NCBI RefSeq assembly: GCF_009914755.1
Contig: NC_060942.1
DNA: 64,000 nucleotides
Direction: 5' to 3' (one strand)
Source: the human T2T-CHM13v2.0 reference genome, Homo sapiens
The notes below the pieces were generated by a model. It was given only the letters and a program-made list of their open reading frames with translations, was not told where the DNA came from and did not search any database. This document shows, piece by piece, positions 1 to 11,800 of the stretch (position 1 is the stretch's first letter; each line of letters opens with the position of its first letter). The translations under genes were made by a program, and so were the position numbers.

Positions 1-363
1 CATCGCTGATACCCTTTCTTCCAGTTGATCGCATTGGCTCCTGAGGCTTCTGCATTCTTCACGTAGTTCTCGAGCCTTGGTTTTCAGCTCCATCAGCTCC
101 TTTAAGCACTTCTCTGTATTGGTTATTCTAGTTATACATTCTTCTAAATTTTTTTCAAAGTTTTCAACTTCTTTGCCTTTGGTTTGAATGTCCTCCCGTA
201 GCTCAGAGTAATTTGATCGTCTGAAGCCTTCTTCTCTCAGCTCGTCAAAGTCATTCTCCGTCCAGCTTTGTTCCGTTGCTGGTGAGGAACTGCGTTCCTT
301 TGGAGGAGGAGAGGTTCTCTGCTTTTTAGAGTTTCCAGTTTTTCTGTTCTGTTTTTTCCCCAT
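1..363 (-). CDS. LINE-1 ORF1p N-terminus (121 codons, open to window edge)
   Basis: Manual translation gives MGKKQNRKTGNSKKQRTSPPPKERSSSPATEQSWTENDFDELREEGFRRSNYSELREDIQTKGKEVENFEKNLEECITRITNTEKCLKELMELKTKARELREECRSLRSQCDQLEERVSAM with no stop. Confidence 0.9.
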   Translation of the reverse strand, partial: MGKKQNRKTGNSKKQRTSPPPKERSSSPATEQSWTENDFDELREEGFRRSNYSELREDIQTKGKEVENFEKNLEECITRITNTEKCLKELMELKTKARELREECRSLRSQCDQLEERVSAM

Positions 364-649
364 CTTTGTGGTTTTATCTACTTTTGGTCTTTGATGATGG
401 TGATGTACAGATGGGTTTTTGGTGTGGATGTCCTTTCTGTTTGTTAGTTTTCCTTCTAACAGACAGGACCCTCAGCTGCAGGTCTGTTGGAATACCCTGC
501 CATGTGAGGTGTCAGTCTGCCCCTGCTGGGGGGTGCCTCCCAGTTAGGCTGCTCAGGGGTCAGGGGTCAGGGACCCACTTGAGGAGGCAGTCTGCCCATT
601 CTCAGATCTCCAGCTGTGTGCTGGGAGAACCACTGCTGTCTTCAAAGCT

Positions 650-900
650 GTCAGACTGGGACATTTAAGTCTGCAGAGGTTACTGCTGTCTTTTTGTTTG
701 TCTGTGCCCTGCCCCCAGAGGTGGAGCGTACAGAGGCAGGCAGGCCTCCTTGAGCTGTGGTGGGCTCCACCCAGTTCGAGCTTCTGGGCTGCTTTGTTTA
801 CCTAAGCAAGCCTGGGCAATGGCGGGCGCCCCTCCCCCAGCCTCGCTGCCGCCTTGCAGTTTGATCTCAGACTGCTGTGCTAGCAACCAGCGAGACTCCG
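650..900 (+). promoter_or_regulatory. L1 antisense promoter region, firing rightwards toward CCDC102B
   Basis: Corresponds to roughly +400 to +600 of an intact L1PA 5'UTR, the established ASP position. Activity cannot be shown from sequence. Confidence 0.55.
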
Positions 901-995
901 AGGGCGTAGGACCCTCCGAGCCAGGGCGGGATATAATCTCGTGGTGCGCCGTTTTTCAAGCCCGTCGGAAAAGTGCAGTATTCGGGTGGGAGTGA
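819..995 (+). pseudogene. LINE-1 ORF0, frameshifted (58 aa)
   Basis: MAGAPPPASLPPCSLISDCCASNQRDSEGVGPSEPG matches the ORF0 N-terminus. The normal continuation (VRRF..SEK..IRVGVTRFSRC) is in another frame (track ORF 941..1126). Confidence 0.85.
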
Positions 996-2027
996 CCCGA
1001 TTTTCCAGGTGCTGTCCCTCACCCCTTTCTTTGACTCGGAAAGGGAACTCCCTGACCCCTTGCGCTTCCCAAGTGAGGCAATGCCTCGCCCTGCTTCGGC
1101 TCGTGCACGGTGCGCGCACCCACTGACCTGCGCCCACTGTCTGGCACTCCCTAGTGAGATGAACCTGGTACCTCAGATGGAAATGCAGAAATCACCGTCT
1201 TCTGCGTCGCTCACGCTGGGAGCTGTAGACCGGAGCTGTTCCTATTCAGCCATCTTGGCTCCTCCCTGTTTTGGTAACTTTTATTGTGTTTTGTTTATAG
1301 CTGCAATTTATGGCCAAAAATGACAATCTCTTATGATATAAGGAAATGACATTTTTTGAATTTCACAGAGTGTAGGTAATATTTTGTTGTCAGAAATCAA
1401 AAGGAGAGATTAGCAAAAAACAATAAACTTTCAAGAGAGTAAAATAAAACTCATACTATGTAGAGAAAATTAATCCGTATGCCTTAGCAAGTGGTGGTTC
1501 AATATTGCTGCCAAGAATATTTATTAACATTATTCAGGACAATTATGCATTGAGGAGGATTAGTTCTGTCTTGAAAGAGATTATTTAGCAAGGGCTGCCC
1601 AAATAGTTCGAGTTTACAGATTCAGAAATGAGATATGTTTTCTTAATCAATGTTGTAAAATTAATGTTTTTGTTAAGTTGTAGACACTCTTTCCTTAGTG
1701 AGGTCAAGTTGAATTGCAATTTAATATAGTTCCTGATCAGTAAAAGCACTTTTCATCAGTATAGTGGATGTTGAGTTCTTTTGAGAAAAAAGCAGTGCTT
1801 AGCCTTATTGATTTAGATGTATTAAGGTGAAGCATTTGTTCTTTCTATGTATGTGGTAATCCTGGAGTAGAAGTCACTCAGAAAAATTAATTATACACTG
1901 TAAGACTGCTTCCTGCAAACAAAAATGGGTTTTGTAACAATGTTTTTTTTGTTTTTATTCCTTATGTCTTTGATAGCCTAATGTGTACAGACTACATAAA
2001 TGACTATGTTTGAAATGTGTAAATAGA

Positions 2028-2062
2028 GTGTGTGTATGTGTGTGTGTGTGTATGTGAGAGAG
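2028..2062. repeat. Imperfect (TG)n/(AG)n microsatellite
   Basis: gtgtgtgtatgtgtgtgtgtgtgtatgtgagagag. Confidence 0.85.
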
Positions 2063-2292
2063 ATTTTAAAGCACCTAATGTTTTAGTAAGCTAAACTTTC
2101 AAAATTATCTAGTCTAATTTCCTGACTATATATATATTTTCTCTCATATATTCATATATATATTTATATATGAAAAATAACAATGAGACTTGGAATAATG
2201 GAGTCAACTTTGCCTAAGACCACACAGCTGACAGCTGCTGAGTAGCAGAACTAAATCGTAGCCTCATCTTTTCACTACTCCATCACTGTAAA

Positions 2293-2479
2293 CAGTGTAT
2301 CTCAACTGATAGAGTTTTTGCCTCTCAGGGGATATTTGGCAATGTCTGGTAACATTTTTGGTTTGCACAACTAAATGTGCTACTGGTAGCTAGTAGGTGG
2401 CAGCTGCGCACAGGACAGCCTCACATAACAAAGCATTATCTGGTCCAAAGGTCCACAGTGCTGAGTTGGAGAAATCATT
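2293..2479 (+). mobile_element. MER20 (hAT-Charlie MITE)
   Basis: CAGTGTATCTCAAC...CAGGGGATATTTGGCAATGTCTGG...CACAGGACAGCC...TTGGAGAAA follows the MER20 consensus. Confidence 0.8.
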
Positions 2480-3004
2480 CCAAGAAGCTGAGTACATCCT
2501 ACTATTATTAACCAAGGAAAGAACAGTTAACCATTTACTGCTGCTATGAGCTCAATTAAAACCTAATGACTATATTTTTAATCCTAATTTTATCAGCTAT
2601 ATCTGATGATTTAAAAAGCAAATATTTATTTCTAGGCCACCTCTTAATAATTAGATATTCCCAAGCAAATGTTCTAAAATTTTCAGTCTCACAAAGATAA
2701 TTTCACAGTTTTTATTAGAAGCTTAAGTAATGTGTCTAACTGCTTTGCTCGGAGCCTAAGTAGTGGATGCCAAAACAAGACCATGACCATAAAGCTACCA
2801 GGTTGAGAGGTAGCAACGTAAGTTATACCATCAGACTGGGACATGCCTGAATTTACTTAATGTTCATATTTACAATATAAAAATTTGATTTTAGATTATT
2901 TTGTAGATGTTGCAGTTAGGTCAACATAACTACTCTTAAAAACAACTATTGCCAGTGATAGCCTTAATCCATCCCTTTAATTCATTCAGGTGTTTGTGAC
3001 GTAC

Positions 3005-3160
3005 TGTTTTAGCACTTATATCCATTATTTCTTAACTGTCAGAATGTTTCTACAGGTTACATCTTTTTTACACATACTTGAACCGAGGCTTAGAGATGTA
3101 ACTCTTTGAGAACACACAACCAATGCTTGAACTCAGGCCTGTCTGACATCAAGATCTCTT
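3005..3160. mobile_element. MIR fragment
   Basis: The MIR core-like sequence gaaccgaggcttagagatgtaac...gaactcaggcctgtctgac is present. Confidence 0.55.
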
Positions 3161-4000
3161 CTTTTTTCTGCATGTTAGATATTGTAGATTAGATTTATTT
3201 TTCTTAAATTGTTTTCTTAACTTTTCCTTTAGTTGACAAAATATAAATATAGTTAGTTTTGTGTTATAGCTTAGACATTTTCATAAAAGTGCATATTCTG
3301 TTTATAAAGAAAATTTGGACATTGAGAGACAATTATTCCTATTTTTAAAATAGCAGGAGGGAAGAAAATAATATTTTCTAGATTGATGCAATAAGATTCA
3401 CTTATTGTCATTTGGACTTATGTGACTGTATCTGGGCACACACAGGTTAGTTTAATAAGACCTGCTGGCTGCCCAGCTGGTCTCTCCTGATTAATGAAGA
3501 GTGCATTTGGAACACCACAGCTGTACTCTGTGAGTTCATGAATGCACAGTTGTAATCTATGATTTCAAATCACCTAGTACATTTCAATCAAAACCAAAAT
3601 TGGCTTCCTTACAAAAAATTTTCAGTTGCTGACATTGTAACATGTTGTTTTAGAGTAATTTTACAAATATTGTTGTCATTAAAATTGTAGCCATTAAGAT
3701 TTTTAAACTGTAGCGGAATTCAAATAGTTACTAAGGTCCACAGAAAATTATTTGTCTGACTTAATTGGTATTTCTATTTTTTAAAAAAGTTTGTCGATGA
3801 CAGGCATATATGTATCTAATGTTAGTACTATTAATTCTTTCAATTTATAAAAGTAGAATAAAAACCAATGTTAGAAGAATTTTAAAATCACTATATACTT
3901 ATTCAATATTTTGATAGTATATCTTTCTAATTTACTTTCTCTATAACATGTCCGATTCTGAGACATTATTTTTATTTTCTTCAGTATGTTCATAGAATAT

Positions 4001-4040
4001 CCATCCATCCATCCATCCATCCATCCATCCATCCATCCAT
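4001..4040. repeat. (CCAT)10 tetranucleotide microsatellite
   Basis: Ten perfect CCAT units. Confidence 0.95.
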
Positions 4041-5790
4041 TTATCCATTTACTGTTTCATTAAATGATGAGACCAAGATATGTCTTAGCTCTGCTACCAA
4101 CCAGCTGTCAGCTTTGTGGTCTTATTCATTAATTTATTTGCTTTGTTTTTTGCAAAATATTAAAATATAAATACAACATTATCTTCTTAAGAAATTCATA
4201 GCTTTTTGAGAAAACAGACAGGTACATAAATCCACCAGTATAGCTTTAGCTGTAGCGTTAACTTTTTCTATTGGAATCAGGAACTGCCCCACAGATATGG
4301 TGAGAGATAGATGTAACATTGGGTAAAGGTTGCTGCAGGAGTTTTCAATTTCATGATTTCTTCTGGACCTCCCAATTAGGTGATAAGAATCTAGAGTAAA
4401 TCAGTTTTGATTAATATTTATTCCCCATTGTTTCTCCAGCTAGATACTATTACAATTTTCCATTGGCCTCTAGCTCCCAATCTAATAAATAAGGACATAG
4501 GAGAAACCTGATGACAGTGGTTTCACCAGATTAAGTTCTCTTTTCCTCCCATCACTGAAATCTCTCATGAGGTTGATTAAAACTCAGAGTTTTACTGCTG
4601 TTCTCAATGTGTGGCTTGCATCTGAATCATGACTTCACCAGCTTATTATCATTTAAGAATAGCTTCCCCATCTCCAGCCTCCTTGTCTTGTTCAAGGAAT
4701 GAAAAAAGAGAAAGAAGTCAACAGACTGGCATTAGAAATACAAAAGTTTTCTAAACCCATTAGATTTCCACTTATGTTTCATTGGCAAAACTGCACCACA
4801 CAGCCAAATATATTTGTATGGGAGGCTTGGTAACATAGGCTTCAAAAAAATGACCACATTGTTGCTCCAAACAAAAATAAAAAATTGTTTTGTAGGGAGG
4901 AAAGGGAGAAAGGATACTGGGTAGGTAAATATCAGAACCCACAGGGTGGATGTAATATGTAGAATGAAACTGGAATCCACTAAAAAAAAATAGCCTTCAT
5001 TGATGTGTGCTGAGTACCTCAAGACATTATAAACTTGCCAACAAATTTTGGAAACCTCACGGCTGAATTTTTCTCGTCTCTTTATCATATGCCCCCAAGT
5101 GATTGTTATATGATATGGAGTGTTAGGATAATGGAGGTGTGTGTGCACAGGGGTATTATAACCATGGTGTCGATGTACCCTTTGAAACTAGGATGGAGAC
5201 CATAGATAACTTTGTTTTTTATTCTGAGAGGTCCCATGCTATCAATGAACAAATAATTTGTGAGGCAGACTTGGCAATAAGGATGAAGTAGGACACCTTC
5301 TCCATTTTCTGACCCTAATGGTTGTGGCCTGTGTGGGGCAAAAAGAGCCTTCACATGAGAAAGCTGCAAGTAAGACAGTGCCCTCCATATATAGTCAGAT
5401 TTTACTGGTCATTAATTTGTAAACTCGCCAGTAAAAAAAAAAAAAAAAAAATGTTGTGGTAAGACAAAAACAAATGCAAAGATACAGAAGGAGATAAAGT
5501 GAAGAGAGAGGTTTCAGGTTTTAATGTAAAGACGGGTTATTAAATTTGAATGGTGAAGAAGAGTAAGAACTTAGGAATAGCAAAGAGGTTTCTAGATTGA
5601 GAGACTGGATGGGGCTAGATTGAGATTACAAGATACAGTAGAGTCTTCGGAAGAAATATAAGAGCTTTGATGATTGGAGATTATTGAAAGATTTAAATGG
5701 CTCCTAGTGAATATTTCATTAGACTTTGGAAATACAGATCTGAAGCTTTAGAAACTATTAAGGAAAGGCCATATATATTTCAGAATTATA

Positions 5791-6224
5791 TGTCTATTAG
5801 TTCACTAGGGCTGCTGTAACAAATATCACAAGTTTGTGGCTTAAAACAATTGATCTCATAGTTCTGAAGGACAGAAGTCCAAAATCAAGATGTCAGTCAG
5901 CAATACTCTTTTGAAAGCCCTAGGGAAGAACCCTTTTTTGACTCTTCCTAATTTTGGTGATGGTTGGCAATCCTTGGTTTGTAGACCTATCACTCCAATT
6001 GCTGTCTCTGTCTCTCTCACAACATTCTCCCCTGTGCGTTTTGTCTAAATTTCCCTCTTCTTATGAGGATACAAGTCCTTGGAATATGGTTCCCCCTCAC
6101 CCAGTATGGCCTCAGTGTAACCTGATTACATCTTCAAAGACCGTATTTCCAAATAATCATCTTCATAGGTACAGGAAGTTAGGATTTCAATATATCTTCT
6201 TAGAGGACACAATTCAACTCACCA
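5791..6224 (-). mobile_element. MLT1 (MLT1C-like) MaLR solo LTR
   Basis: tattagttcactagggctgctgtaacaaat...cagaagtccaaaatcaagatgtcag...ggacacaattcaactc is the reverse of an MLT1 LTR. Confidence 0.8.
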
Positions 6225-6559
6225 AATATGTGTGGCAAAAGAAGCCTCAAAAACAGATGTGCTTACCTAGACAGAAATGTGAAATAAGAATAGGACCAAT
6301 GATGGCCTCTTGAAGGTGTTCCACCATTGAAAGGAAAGAAAAGTAATAAGAGAGGGGATAAAAGTATGACATGGTCAGAAAGATGAAAACATAATCTAGA
6401 AAAGTTGTGGTTTAGAAGCCAAGAAAAGCCAATGTATTATGAAGAAGGGAGTTGACAAAAAGATTAAAAAACCTTCATGGACTTCAAGTGCATAAGTACC
6501 GGAAATAGACTACTGTATCTTTTTAAAGATGGAGCAGAAGAAAGCTGGGAGAAGAAAGA

Positions 6560-7200
6560 CAATTTAAGAGACAGAGAGACACTGCAGTGATCTAGAAAGA
6601 TCATGATGGTTGTCTGAACCAGAGTAGTGGCAGTGAGAAAAGAAGACTGGGCAAATTATTGAAGTATAATCAAAAGGAACTAGTGCTGGATTTGATATAG
6701 AATAGAAGGAGTCAAGGATGACTTCCAGAATTTTTCTTTGGGAAACTGTAAAACTGGGTTGACATTTACATAGATAACACAGCAGGTCCATGGAGAGATG
6801 ATGATTTCAGTTTAGATAAGCTGATGCCATATCTGTGTAATTTTCTAGTTGAGGGGTATAGTGGGCTGACAAATATGAGTATTGAAAATTCAGACAGTCA
6901 TTGGGTCTAAAAGTAGATATTTGGGAGTCATCTAAAAAGAAAGATGGTAATTTAAACTATGAGGATGGGTGGCTTTATCCAGAGAGAGAATATACCATTT
7001 ATATGTAGATTTATCTAAGAACATATGTGATGCACACCAAAGGATGGATGGAGGATGAGGCATCATCAAAGAGGGTGAGAAGGGCCAGCAAAAGAGGTCA
7101 AGAGGAAAACCAGGAGAGTGTTATGCCAAGACAAGAGATGTCTTCATGTGGGCAGGGTTGTGAACAGTATGAAAGGCTGTGTAGATGTCAACTAGAAGGA
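6560..7200 (-). mobile_element. L2 fragment
   Basis: Purine-rich L2 antisense motifs: ggagtcaaggatgacttcc, gatatttgggagtcatc, gaggaaaaccaggagagtg. Confidence 0.6.
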
Positions 7201-7249
7201 TTGAGGTGAGTTAGAAAAATTAAAAATAAATAGAATATTTATGTACATG

Positions 7250-7251
<2 letters not shown>

Positions 7252-7280
<29 letters not shown>
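7252..7280. repeat. (TG)14 microsatellite
   Basis: Perfect TG run. Confidence 0.95.
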
Positions 7281-7282
<2 letters not shown>

Positions 7283-7859
7283 TGTCACTTTGATGAATTA
7301 AAATCAGGTGGATGCAAGACTAAATAAAATTCTTGGCTGGAGAACTTTCAATCATTTGGCCATGACAGAAAGAATGGTACCTGAAAGTGAAAATGACTGA
7401 ATTAAAAGTAAAGTTCATTGGCATACATGAAATTGACTAGAGAATGTATGGTATTTAACATCACGTGGGGAAAATCCGGACAGGAGGGAACGTTCAAAGA
7501 TAGAGGAGAGAGAATCATGATTAAGTTTAGCTCGATGGGTCAATTGGCTTTATACAGGAAGATGGCCACCTTTTCCATTGCATCAGAAAGTAAGTGGGAA
7601 AAGAATGTTAAGTAGAGATAGATGATAACACCGTAATAAGCCTACAAATTAGGGAAGGGTGAAAAATAAAATAATTTGAAGACATTTATTGCCTAAATTT
7701 CAAATGTTGTTTTTTTGCTACTTAAAAGGAGCAAGGCTATCCTGTTACCTTTTGACTTTTCTTTTTTACTTTGGACATTTTTTTGCTGCTAGTTTCAACC
7801 AGAGAAGCTCTTTTTTATGTGATCTCTCGCCTCCCCCCTCAACCCCCATCAGAACACTT

Positions 7860-8760
7860 CCTGACAGCTGAGTCATGTCAATGGAAAGCTACTTCATATT
7901 CTTTTTCCCCAGGGAAAGGGGCCAGAGAGCTTTCACTGGGCACCCCGGGGACTACAGCTCACAATTCCTGCCAATGTGACCACAATCAAGGGTTTTGACA
8001 TGCAGTTATTGTTTCATGATTTGTATACTCAAATCTTTTATTAAATATGATTTCTTTTGCTTTTGTGCAATCTAATGCAAATCAGATTGGATGAATATTT
8101 TATATTGTTCCTGTAATGTGCAGTATAATTTCCTTTTAAATATTTTTCAGATAGGTACTTCCTGGGCTTTTTTTTTTTTTTGCTTTGCTATTTTAGTTTT
8201 TCTATTATTATTACAAGTTATACTGTTGTAATTAAACATTAAGAACACTTGTGGATCAAGGCGTGGGTGTCTTTTTCTTTTTCATCCACAGTACAGGTTT
8301 CAAATGGTTGTATGGAAAGCTTTGGATAACCATACTTAGGGAACATTAAAAATGGTTTTATTTTGGTTGGCTCAATGGTGATCCAAAGAGGGGGTTGTGG
8401 TAGTGGTTTCAATAAAACTTCACAACCAATGGGAATCTTTTTTGAGTTTGTGTGGAGTGCCCTTAATGCTGGAAATAATCCTGTTGGCTAGGACTCCAGA
8501 ACTGTACGGATGAGAAAAGGATGCAGGAAATTCTGTTGTTTACACATGTGGCTGCAACTGAGACACTGGAGCAGCCCAGCAAGCCCAGAGGGTAAGAGTG
8601 TTTAATAACCTTGTGGTTTTCTATTTAATTTTTATATTTTCCTGCTGAGGTACAGCATGTGTTGTTCTCAGAGCAAAGACAGTTGCTTACAAGATGCAGA
8701 GCAAAACTACTGTAGAGCTGGGAAGCAGAAGGATTTGGAGTTTCTTTTTAAAGTGATTCC
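7860..8760 (+). promoter_or_regulatory. Candidate non-CpG-island promoter/proximal enhancer of CCDC102B
   Basis: Largely repeat-free sequence just upstream of the non-coding exon. It contains AP-1 TGAGTCA (7869-7875), EBF TCCCCAGGGA (7906-7915) and ACCCCGGGGA (7942-7951). Confidence 0.45.
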
Positions 8761-8767
8761 TTCCTTT

Positions 8768-8862
8768 CCCCTTTCATTTTTCCACTGTGGGTGTTATTAT
8801 CCTGACAATTTGTCATACATTTCCTGTCTTTAAAAAATAACTGTATACTAAGCAAAACTCAG
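8768..8862 (+). other. CCDC102B: CCDC102B non-coding 5' exon (start approximate)
   Basis: Strong donor CAG|GTAAGA at 8862/8863. Splicing to 47164 gives ...AAAACTCAG|GTCTTAAAAATAAATATG, with an in-frame upstream TGA (8803-8805) and no intervening in-frame ATG. This agrees with my recollection of the mRNA 5'UTR. Confidence 0.65.
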
Positions 8863-11800
8863 GTAAGAATTTCGACTCTACATTTAGACAGTAATAGTAT
8901 ATGTTGATATTAAAATTTTGTTTCATTGTTCCAAATGAATGTGAATTAGTCATTGTGTTTGAAGTAATCTATATTCTTACAGTAAAAAAGTAAAATTGTT
9001 ATGGAAATCCTCCTATCTATGCCTCATGTACCTTGAATTCTTTTCAATTGTTGAGTCTTCATGCTAAATTCTTGTATTCGTTAATGGAAAGTATATTTCA
9101 AACTTAGCATGAATATTGATTTCTTTACATGCTACCTGTATAGTGTGGAGGAGACAGGGATACAGAATAAAATAATAAAATCCTGTGCATAATAAAAAGT
9201 AATGCTTAGCTATATAGAAGTAAATTATAAAACTGAAAAAAAATCTCTGGAAACCTTTGGGAAGCATTTGCTTACGTTTTCTGCAAAGATAAATTATCAA
9301 TTGAATGTCAAGTGAGTACATTTATTAAATATAAATATAAGAAAGATTCGTCAAAAAATATAATTAGAAATATGTCAGTAACATAGGACCAAAATATATA
9401 AAATATTTATTGATATTCTTATTTACATCAATACCAGTTTTTCTGTTTTCTAAAATAATGTGAATGTGTTTTTGCTAATAATTTTCATGGGAAATGGTGT
9501 TATTACAACTTTTGAGTAAATATTCTCTTGTTAGTAAAATATGTTATTGCCAATAAATATTTTTATATATCCAGTAAATATTCTTGAATTCTATTTCATA
9601 TTTTAATGAAAGCAATAAATTAGAAAGAAGATTTATAAGTTAGCGATACAATATCTGTGTAGGTTTGTGTGACCTATTTGAATATATTCAGAAAAATGCT
9701 TTATGTGAATTGCTTTATTTTCCAAAATATCCTATGTTCTTATGAAATCATAGATAATTTCATTGTCTCTCTTTTGCATCCTTCATATGTTATCATTGGA
9801 TTCAATAATTGCTTGATCACTGGGACATTGTTTCTGGGCCTCACTATGGGTTTGGCTTCAAGGTAATTTATGAATGTTTCATCTAATTATTACAGTTACA
9901 AAACAATGGCTGTAATTCTTAAAATACAAGAAATGCTCTCAGGTCGTCATATCTCTTATGCTGATATTACAAGACCAATTGAATTCTGCCATAATGCCAA
10001 AATATTCAGAAATTCCCTTTTTAGCAGGTATGTGAGTCCTAAAGAGATGCCAGAGGCTTTAAAGAAAAGTTCAACTTCTTGAACTTAGTCTTGAAAAACT
10101 AGTGGAACTTGGATAGGTGCTGAAAGCAAGAGGAATACTCTACTTTGAAGAAGTAATTGGCAAAAAGGGTTTTGAACACAAATTAGCATAGAGCATAAAA
10201 GAATGGTGAGTAATTTATCTGATTGGAGCAGAAAAAATATACCTTTGTGAGTATCAGACGTTGTACTCAATACATAGAACAGAAAAAATTGATAGAGCAT
10301 CTTAACATTGCACACAGAAAAATGTGGCCTTTACATATCATACAAAGGGGACAATTGCAAGTTTCTGAAAAGAGGTGGAGTATCTGTGCCTCTTTTCATC
10401 ATCTTTACCATAATCATCATCATCATCATTTTGCCAACACATAATAGCATTTTCTGCTTGCAAGGTGATTTACATACATATCCACAATTTTGATAGCTTT
10501 GCAAGAAAATGAACATTATTTTACACATTATTTTCATTTTGCACTTGAAGGAACCTGCTGTTCAGAAACGTTCAATGATTTGCTTAAAGCCACAGATAAA
10601 GAAAGTGAGGGAACCAGAATTTCAAATAATGTCTTTCTGGCTCCAGAGCTATTTCCACGATGTTGTGCTGGTATTCTAGGAATGTGAATCTGGCAGAAGT
10701 CGAGCAGAATGGTTTGAAGTGGACACTGGGATTTTAGGGTGCAGGGAGGAGGTCGTGAGACAACAGCCCAAAGATCCATTCCGATATTCTATAAATCCAG
10801 ACGAATTACTGTTCTATCAGTTGGGCCACACTTTTCCTTTGGGAATTGAGAGAAGAGACTGACGCTGCAAATAAGGGGTAATTTTTACATTTAAATTAGC
10901 GGCCCTCAGATTCAACACTTATGCTTTTCTCTCTCTTACATTTTCTTAAATCTACTTAGAGAAGGTATCTTTTGCATTCTCAAAGAAAATGTCATCACTG
11001 ATTTGCACTGAATATTACCTATTCACAAATGAGATGTGTGAGGTGGCCAGGAATAACACTGGGGATGTACTGACTTTCCTCTGTTTCTTTTTGATACATG
11101 GTATCAACGAACACTCAGCGACCAAATACTCTTAAAACTATGGAATGACCAAGTTATTATCAAATAAAGGCATTGTATAAGTTTCATTTCAATAGGTGAA
11201 AAGCATAAATAAAATTCACATTGTAATAGATAGTGTGAAATACAGTACATTCACAGTAAAAAAGAATAGAACTTATTTATTAACATGTTTTCCTTCATAT
11301 ATCCAAACCTTAAAGACATTACTTCTTCTCAAAGTAGAACTAGTATCTGGGATAACATTCATTTTCTTCTTCTTTTTTTTCAATGAAATAAAAATTATAG
11401 CTTATTTCATAACAACGAGGTTTTTTTGTTCAATGTATACATGATGGTAACTATGCTATCATTTTATGAACATACTGCCTACTAGTTTAGAATCATACTA
11501 TCATTAAGTAGGCTTTACTGAAGGAGTATCTTTTTGCCGTACACGAAAACAGATGAGGATAGTTGAAATGCAAAGATTTGGTCACTGACCTTGAGATTTT
11601 ATTTTTGTACAGGTTTAGGTTGCATTCTAAGAATATATTCTATAGAAGACATTTTGTATAACTAGTGCTCCATCCTCAGTGCCCTGACTAATTGTAGATG
11701 CTCAATGGAGATTGTGAGCTTGAGACCTTGATTGTAAAATGGAAAACTAGATATTGTATTGGAGGTTGTGCTCAAGGCCATTTAATTGTAGTCATAGCTT

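Larger units (their letters stand above)
1..1266 (-). mobile_element. 5' end of a young LINE-1 (L1PA2-like): 903-nt 5'UTR plus start of ORF1; continues beyond the left edge
   Basis: The minus strand begins GGGAGGAGCCAAGATGGCTGAATAGGAACAGCTCCGG, the L1 5' terminus. The UTR is CpG-rich and the ORF1 ATG is at 363. The flank 1267-1282 (TGTTTTGGTAACTTTT, then A) resembles a TSD at an L1 endonuclease site. Confidence 0.95.

Noticed and set aside
1081-1167. L1-antisense ATG (1081) in phase 0 at a CTG|GTACCT donor, which could extend CCDC102B in frame
   Set aside because: The donor is weak and I have no grounds to think it is used.
366-1323. Cluster of 60-116 aa ORFs
   Set aside because: These are alternative frames of the GC-rich L1 5'UTR. 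Only ORF0 has established meaning.
4732-5451. 138-aa ORF, a 9-bp hairpin (5400-5436) and an A-run, suggesting a retrocopy or terminator
   Set aside because: No recognisable protein similarity, no clear TSD or poly(A) signal, and intrinsic terminators do not apply to this genome.
10223-10537. His/Ile/Met-run ORFs
   Set aside because: They are produced by a short (CAT)n repeat next to MIR-like sequence.
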